A stretch of DNA of 63,604 nt, counting the filler, from Acetivibrio sp. (GTDB lineage: Bacteria > Bacillota > Clostridia > Acetivibrionales > Acetivibrionaceae), in assembly GCF_035371925.1 (NCBI RefSeq). It is 3 parts of 3 records of this genome, joined end to end, with 100 filler letters (N's around TTAATTAATTAA, not from the genome) between each part and the next. Parts side by side here need not be neighbours in the genome. Positions count along the whole stretch, not along the records: positions 45,949 to 63,604 come from NZ_DAORXT010000058.1; 2 more parts are not named here. One strand, written 5' to 3'. The notes under the pieces were generated by a model that was not told the DNA's origin, searched no databases, and saw nothing but the letters and a program-made list of their open reading frames with translations. Shown piece after piece: positions 57,731-63,604 of the stretch. The translations under genes were made by a program, and so were the position numbers. How positions within the stretch are numbered: position 1 is the first letter of the stretch; every line of letters starts with the position of its first letter.

Positions 57731-57831
57731 GGGAAGTGTACACAATTGAAAATAATTTATAGAGTATTTTTTGACTTGTTAAACCAAATTGAAGATATAG
57801 GTTTGCCATTTTGACAAAAGGAGGATGGAAA

Positions 57832-58299
57832 ATGGAAGGCTTTATTACTGAAGCATTAATGGAAGATTTGCCGGATATACTGAATTTGCAGAAGAAAGCC
57901 TTTGAAAGAGTGGCAATGGAGGAAGACAATTTTAATATTTCTCCTATGACACAGACTTTGGAAAATATCACCGAGGAATATGAAAAAAGGCTGTTTCTGA
58001 AATATATATTGGATGGGAAGATTATTGGTTCTGTACGGGCTCATTTGGATAGTGACAGCGTTTGTCACATAGGAAGGCTGATCGTTCACCCGGATTTTCA
58101 AAACAGGGGTATTGGAAAAGCTTTAATGAAGGAAATAGAAAACAGATTTAATGACTGTTCAAGGTATGAAATTTTTACCGGATATAACAGCAAAAATTCA
58201 ATAGCTTTATATAAAAAATTAGGGTATGTTGAAACGAGTGTCAAAGATGTTGATGGGGTATGTATGGTTTTTTTGAAGAAGGATAATAAATCACTTTAG
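57832..58299 (+). CDS. GNAT family acetyltransferase
   Basis: IGRLIVHPDFQNRGIGKALM, IALYKKLGY. Confidence 0.88.
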   Translation: MEGFITEALMEDLPDILNLQKKAFERVAMEEDNFNISPMTQTLENITEEYEKRLFLKYILDGKIIGSVRAHLDSDSVCHIGRLIVHPDFQNRGIGKALMKEIENRFNDCSRYEIFTGYNSKNSIALYKKLGYVETSVKDVDGVCMVFLKKDNKSL

Positions 58300-58428
58300 T
58301 TGAACTTTTTAATTGTATGGATTAATATGGATTTATTTATTTTAAAGATGACGATTGTGTGCTATAATAATTGTTTGAAAAAGATTTTCACTTTACTGTA
58401 GCTGATTTTTTTAGTGAAGGAAATGTTT

Positions 58429-59049
58429 ATGGAAGAGAATGTTAAGAAAATAGGTATACTTGGAGGAACTTTTGACCCCATTCACAACGGTCATTTGATA
58501 ATGGCGGAAATAATAAGGGGAGCTTTTGAGCTTGACAAGGTGCTTTTTATTCCTTCGGGCAATCCTCCCCATAAAAAAGAACAGACGGTAACCGATGCAT
58601 ATCACCGGTATAATATGGTATGTGAGGCATTAAAGGGCAATTCCCATTTTGAAGTATCACGGATTGAGGTTGACAGGGAAGGGTATACTTATACAATAGA
58701 TACCTTGGGAGTTTTAAATGAGCAGTACAAAGGAATTGCTACTTTGTATTACATAATTGGTGCGGATGTTTTATATGATTTGCTTACATGGAAGGATTAC
58801 GAGAAGGTATTTAAAATCTGCAGGTTTATTGCGGCTTTAAGGCCGGGGTCTGACATAGAGGGATTTAATGATCGGATAAAGTATCTTGAGGATACATTCT
58901 CTGCAAGTATACTGGCGGCACAAATACCTTTGATTGAAATATCTTCTACAATGATTAGAAACAGGGTAAAGGAAGGTAAATCCATAAAATACCTGGTACC
59001 CGACGCGGTGGAAAACTATATAAAAAGAGAAGGATTGTATCTTAAATAG
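58429..59049 (+). CDS. nadD: Nicotinate-nucleotide adenylyltransferase
   Basis: [29 protein letters not shown]; start uncertain (58414-58429). Confidence 0.95.
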   Translation: MEENVKKIGILGGTFDPIHNGHLIMAEIIRGAFELDKVLFIPSGNPPHKKEQTVTDAYHRYNMVCEALKGNSHFEVSRIEVDREGYTYTIDTLGVLNEQYKGIATLYYIIGADVLYDLLTWKDYEKVFKICRFIAALRPGSDIEGFNDRIKYLEDTFSASILAAQIPLIEISSTMIRNRVKEGKSIKYLVPDAVENYIKREGLYLK

Positions 59050-59096
59050 TTTAGGATAAAGAATGTTTTAATATTTTGATACAGAGGTTAGCAGCA

Positions 59097-59666
59097 ATGA
59101 CGATAAATGAAATGAAAGGAAAGCTTGAAGAAGTTCTTTCTTCTAAAAGATTTAAGCATTCACTGGGGGTTATGGATACGGCAGCAAGCCTTGCAGAAAG
59201 ACATGGTGAGGATAGGGAAAAAGCGGCCATAGCAGGGCTTTTGCACGATTGTGCAAGAGAAATAAAGGGACAGGCTGTATTTGATTTGTGCGAAAAGTAC
59301 CATATAAATGTGGACTATATTACTTTGGCGCAGCCGGAGCTTTTGCACGGACCTATAGGCGCGGTGGTGGCGGCCAGAGATTATGGAGTTGAAGATAAAG
59401 ATATATTAAGTGCTATTGAATGTCATACTACCGGCAGAGAGAATATGACTTTGCTGGACAAAATAATTTTTATTGCAGACTATATTGAACCCGGAAGAAA
59501 ATTTCCGGGGGTGGATGAGGTAAGGGAGCTGGCTTATCGTGATTTGGACAGGTCCATACTTGTTTCTTTGGATAACACAATAAGGTATGTAATGGACAAA
59601 GGAGTGTTTATTCATCCGGACACAATTTTTGCACGGAATTTTATAATCAAGGAAAATATGCGCTAG
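59097..59666 (+). CDS. yqeK: HD-domain Ap4A hydrolase
   Basis: RFKHS, LLHDCA, LLHG, HTTG, ADYIEPGR; follows nadD. Confidence 0.9.
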   Translation: MTINEMKGKLEEVLSSKRFKHSLGVMDTAASLAERHGEDREKAAIAGLLHDCAREIKGQAVFDLCEKYHINVDYITLAQPELLHGPIGAVVAARDYGVEDKDILSAIECHTTGRENMTLLDKIIFIADYIEPGRKFPGVDEVRELAYRDLDRSILVSLDNTIRYVMDKGVFIHPDTIFARNFIIKENMR

Positions 59667-59695
59667 ATTTCTGACGCATGGGAGATTGATTATTT

Positions 59696-60298
59696 ATGGC
59701 AAAGAAAAAATTGAGAAGGAAAAAAAGAAATAGAGGTTTTGGGCTGTTTGGTATGATGCTGGTTTTGCTTCTAATAGCAGGCGGGTATTTCTACTTTCAA
59801 AGAAACGCCGAAGATAGCAGCAATAATTTTCATACATTAATGGCAAAAATCCTAAAAACGGAGCCTACATCTGCCATAAGCAGCACTCCCACTCCAACCC
59901 CAACCCTGACAAACACTTTAGCGATTAGTCCGAGTACAGAGCCTGTTGATACTTTACCGGAGGAATTGAGTACGAATAATCCTCGTGAAACTCAAGTTGC
60001 CTTGGAAACATCGGTTGTTATTCAGCAAACAGGTGCAAGCATACAGGTGATAAACTATACCGGACGAAAAAAGCTTTCGGAAGAAGTCAGGACAACCCTT
60101 GAGAATTATGGATTTGTAGTAAGTTCCGGCAACGGAAGCTCTTTAAAATATGTTAGCTCTGCAATTATTGAAAAAAAAGAAAATGTATCGGGAGAGGAAT
60201 TAAAAAGTCTGTTGAATATAAAGAGAATAAAAAAAGAAGTTGACCCCGGTTCGCGATTTGATTTTATAATAATACTTGGAGATGACTATGAACCTTGA
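59696..60298 (+). CDS. Membrane-anchored LytR C-terminal domain protein
   Basis: Basic N-terminus, TM, P/T linker, VINYTG...L..YGF...GN, DFIIILGDDY. Confidence 0.75.
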   Translation: MAKKKLRRKKRNRGFGLFGMMLVLLLIAGGYFYFQRNAEDSSNNFHTLMAKILKTEPTSAISSTPTPTPTLTNTLAISPSTEPVDTLPEELSTNNPRETQVALETSVVIQQTGASIQVINYTGRKKLSEEVRTTLENYGFVVSSGNGSSLKYVSSAIIEKKENVSGEELKSLLNIKRIKKEVDPGSRFDFIIILGDDYEP

Positions 60299-60438
60299 TT
60301 TTTCTTAAGTTTTTATTCACAAAACTATTGTTTTAGTGTTATAATTTTAGACATGTAAAGTTGATTTAATTGGATATATTAAGTAAATAATATATATGTA
60401 AAAAATATATTAATAATTTATGAAAGGATGGAGGTTTA

Positions 60439-60780
60439 TTGGGATCTAAAGAAATGGCCGAAAAGATTGTTGGCATATTGGAGGAAAAGAAGGCCAAGGA
60501 TTTAAACACTATTGATATTAGAGACATATCGGTTCTTGCAGATTATTTTATAATATGCAGCGGTACATCCACAACGCACATTAAGACTCTTGCTGATGAA
60601 GTGGAAGAAAAAATGCAGGAGGCCGGTGTAGAGCTTCTGCACAAGGAAGGCTATAACAGTGCAAGGTGGATATTACTGGATTATGGAGATGTGGTACTTC
60701 ACATTTTCCATGAAGAGGACAGGGGATTCTACAACCTTGAAAGGCTGTGGGCTGATGGAGTAATGAAGCACAGGCAGTAA
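60439..60780 (+). CDS. rsfS: Ribosome silencing factor
   Basis: KKA.D, DYFIICSG, WILLDYGDVVLHIF, FYNLERLW. Confidence 0.95.
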   Translation: MGSKEMAEKIVGILEEKKAKDLNTIDIRDISVLADYFIICSGTSTTHIKTLADEVEEKMQEAGVELLHKEGYNSARWILLDYGDVVLHIFHEEDRGFYNLERLWADGVMKHRQ

Positions 60781-60896
60781 GGGGAAAAATCCATCTGTAT
60801 TTTTTATAAATAGATGCAAAAGGACTCCATTAAGGGGATATTTTTTGGAGTTTTGATATAATTCATTGATTGTTATTTGGATCTGGAGGGTGTTTT

Positions 60897-63374
60897 ATGC
60901 ATTATAATTTCAAGGATATTGAAAAGAAGTGGCAGAAAAAATGGTTAGATGACAAATCTTTTTCTGCCAAGGAAGACGAAGGTAAAAAGAAGTATTATGT
61001 GCTCGAGATGTTTCCTTATCCCTCTGGCAATCTTCATATGGGGCATGTAAGGAATTATTCCATAGGGGATGTTGTGGCAAGGTTCAAAAAAATGAACGGC
61101 TTTAATGTTCTTCATCCCATGGGTTGGGATTCCTTTGGTTTGCCTGCTGAGAATGCTGCCATTAAGAGGGGGGTTCATCCCAATGATTGGACATGGTCCA
61201 ATATCGACAATATGAGAAGGCAGCTGAAAGAGCTGGGTATCAGTTATGATTGGGACAGAGAGGTTGCTACTTGTCATCCCGATTACTACAAGTGGACTCA
61301 ATGGATGTTCCTTCAGCTTTACAAGAACGGTCTGGCGTATAAGAAAAAGTCCTATGTAAACTGGTGTCCGTCCTGTGCAACGGTTCTTGCCAACGAGCAG
61401 GTTGTAAACGGAGCTTGTGAGCGTTGTAAATCGGTAGTTGGTAAAAAAGACTTGGAGCAGTGGTTCTTTAAGATAACCGATTATGCTCAAAGACTTTTGG
61501 ACGATATTGAAAAGCTAAAGGGTTGGCCTGACAAGGTTAAAACCATGCAGCAGAACTGGATTGGCAGAAGTGAAGGTGTCGAAGTAGACTTTAAAGTGGA
61601 CGGAATGGACAAGGCAGTAAGAATATATACTACAAGACCTGATACCATATATGGTGTAACCTATGTGGTTATTGCTCCCGAGCATCCTGTTGTAAAGGAA
61701 TTGATTAAAGGTACGGAACAGGAACAGGTATGCAATGAGTTTATTGGGAAAATGATGTATTTGAATGAAATAGACAGAACTTCCAATGATGTTGAGAAGG
61801 AAGGTGTATTTACAGGAAGGTATGTCATTAATCCGTTAAATGGTGACAAAGTTCCGTTATACCTTGCCAACTATGTTCTTGCAGAGTACGGAACCGGTGT
61901 TGTTATGGCAGTTCCCTCTCATGACCAGAGAGACTTTGAGTTTGCAAAGAAGTACAATTTGCCGATTAAAGTTGTAATTCAGCCAGAAGGACAAGAGCTT
62001 GACCCTGCCCAAATGACAGAAGCCTTTGTGGATGTGGGTTATCTTGTCAATTCCGGAGAGTTCAACGGCGTAAGAAGCGATGAGGCTATTGGAAAGATAA
62101 TTGATTATATTGAACAAAAGGGCTATGGTGAAAGAAAGATTAATTTCAGGCTCAGAGACTGGCTGATTTCCAGACAGAGATACTGGGGTGCGCCGATACC
62201 GATAATTTACTGTGATGATTGCGGAGCTGTACCCGTTCCCGAAGAGGATTTGCCGGTTATTCTTCCGACAGATATCAAATTCTCTGGAGTAGGAGAATCG
62301 CCGCTTTCCACAAGTGAGACCTTCATATCTGCTCCTTGTCCGAAATGCGGTAAGATGGGTAAAAGGGAATTGGATACTATGGACACCTTTGTATGTTCTT
62401 CATGGTATTACCTTAGATATTGTGACCCATGCAACGATAAAGCTCCTTTTGACAAGGAGAGAATAAAGTATTGGTTGCCGGTTGATCAATACATAGGAGG
62501 TGTTGAGCATGCAATTTTGCACCTTTTGTATTCCAGATTCTTTATGAAAGTTCTTTATGATTTGGGATATGTTGATTATGATGAGCCCTTTACAAACCTC
62601 CTTACTCAGGGAATGGTGCTGAAAGACGGTGCCAAGATGTCAAAATCTCTGGGCAATGTTGTAAGCCCTGAGGAGATAATCGAAAAATATGGTGCCGACA
62701 CAGCGAGGTTGTTCATACTCTTTGCATCTCCACCGGAAAAGGATTTGGAATGGAGCGATCAGGGAGTTGAAGGCTGCTACAGATTTATCAACAGGGTATG
62801 GAGAATAGTAAATGAGTTTGCCGGTGCGGCAAAAGAAGGTGCAAGGATTGATACTTCCATATTTACCAAGGAGGATAAAGAGCTTTGGTACATGCTGAAC
62901 AACACCATAAAGCGTGTTACTGATGATATCAGCTTGAGGTTTAACTTTAACACTGCTATTAGTGCTATTATGGAGCTGGTTAATTCCTTGTATTATTACA
63001 AGGATAAAGTTGCTGATGACAGCAAGAATAAAGCTCTTATAAAAGAATCTATAGAAAAATTGATAATAATGCTGGCGCCCTTTATTCCTCATGCGACTGA
63101 AGAGCTCTGGACATCAATAGGAAAGGAAGGCAGTGTACACGAGCAAAAATGGCCTGAATTTGACCCGGCTGCTCTTATCAAAGATGAAATTGAGATTGTG
63201 CTTCAGGTAAACGGAAAGGTGAGAGACAAGATTGTAATACCATCGGATCTCACTAAAGAGCAGGTTGAGGAAAGGGCTTTGAATAGTGAGAAGATTAAGG
63301 CTGAAATATCTGGAAAAAATGTTGTAAAGGTTATTTCCGTTCCGGGCAAGCTGGTTAATATTGTTGTAAAATAA
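60897..63374 (+). CDS. leuS: Leucine--tRNA ligase
   Basis: [13 protein letters not shown] (HIGH), [26 protein letters not shown] before ATG 60897. Confidence 0.98.
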   Translation: MHYNFKDIEKKWQKKWLDDKSFSAKEDEGKKKYYVLEMFPYPSGNLHMGHVRNYSIGDVVARFKKMNGFNVLHPMGWDSFGLPAENAAIKRGVHPNDWTWSNIDNMRRQLKELGISYDWDREVATCHPDYYKWTQWMFLQLYKNGLAYKKKSYVNWCPSCATVLANEQVVNGACERCKSVVGKKDLEQWFFKITDYAQRLLDDIEKLKGWPDKVKTMQQNWIGRSEGVEVDFKVDGMDKAVRIYTTRPDTIYGVTYVVIAPEHPVVKELIKGTEQEQVCNEFIGKMMYLNEIDRTSNDVEKEGVFTGRYVINPLNGDKVPLYLANYVLAEYGTGVVMAVPSHDQRDFEFAKKYNLPIKVVIQPEGQELDPAQMTEAFVDVGYLVNSGEFNGVRSDEAIGKIIDYIEQKGYGERKINFRLRDWLISRQRYWGAPIPIIYCDDCGAVPVPEEDLPVILPTDIKFSGVGESPLSTSETFISAPCPKCGKMGKRELDTMDTFVCSSWYYLRYCDPCNDKAPFDKERIKYWLPVDQYIGGVEHAILHLLYSRFFMKVLYDLGYVDYDEPFTNLLTQGMVLKDGAKMSKSLGNVVSPEEIIEKYGADTARLFILFASPPEKDLEWSDQGVEGCYRFINRVWRIVNEFAGAAKEGARIDTSIFTKEDKELWYMLNNTIKRVTDDISLRFNFNTAISAIMELVNSLYYYKDKVADDSKNKALIKESIEKLIIMLAPFIPHATEELWTSIGKEGSVHEQKWPEFDPAALIKDEIEIVLQVNGKVRDKIVIPSDLTKEQVEERALNSEKIKAEISGKNVVKVISVPGKLVNIVVK

Positions 63375-63394
63375 AGTTTGATTAAGTAAATCGG

Positions 63395-63460
63395 AGAGCT
63401 GTCCATTGGAGCAGGGATAGATTAGTAGATTTCCCTACTTCATATGGATAGCTTTTTTTA
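63395..63460 (+). terminator. Terminator after leuS
   Basis: GAGCTGTCCAT ... ATGGATAGCTT followed by a T run. Confidence 0.55.
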
Positions 63461-63604
63461 TAATAAAAATTTTTTAGTGTATGTAAAATCAAAACATGGA
63501 AATATATCAAACAAAGTAGTTAATTTATGTATTGATTTTTTTAAATAAGTATATGATTGTCCCACAAAAAGCTAGAAAATATAAACAAATAGAGCAAAAT
63601 ATGA

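Noticed and set aside
60781..60896. T-box upstream of leuS
   Set aside because: No GGTGGTACCGCG-like motif, and the intergenic space is too short.
225..63406. Many short alternative-frame and antisense ORFs in the track (e.g. 3824-4150, 16691-17194, 55885-56412, 60945-61490)
   Set aside because: They overlap well-supported genes, have no recognisable motifs, and look like shadow ORFs.

Overview
Draft-genome window from an AT-rich anaerobic Firmicute; gene content suggests a cellulolytic Acetivibrio/Clostridium relative (inference). Two 100-nt artificial joins (N44-TTAATTAATTAA-N44) at 23273-23372 and 45849-45948 divide it into three contig pieces, so adjacency across them is unproven. Piece 1 (1-23272) is an all-plus-strand accessory island and the highlight. 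It combines a nitrogenase-like set (nifH-like, nifD-like, nifK-like, minimal nifB; no nifEN or nifV seen) with secondary-metabolism-type genes (LeuD-like subunit, BacA-type prephenate decarboxylase, chorismate mutase-DAHP synthase, GNAT, two aminotransferases, DapA). It also carries Cys-rich proteins (DUF5714-like, a 59-aa 7-Cys peptide, a Cys-pair MarR), a ferredoxin-fused ETF, and Moco biosynthesis genes with no molybdoenzyme in view, split by decayed IS elements. My best hypothesis is an undescribed pathway in which a NifB-matured nitrogenase-like reductase works on a prephenate-derived, non-aromatic amino-acid scaffold rather than N2. Pieces 2 and 3 are mostly housekeeping: T-box-led aroF start, cheW, ychF, trpEGDCF with two TRAP-like sites, a 2-oxoacid:ferredoxin oxidoreductase operon with an embedded PilZ gene, glnN, rubrerythrin, nfeD-floA, the pur operon with PurR boxes and a leader terminator, nadD-yqeK-rsfS and leuS. 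All calls come from motif recognition; no searches were run.
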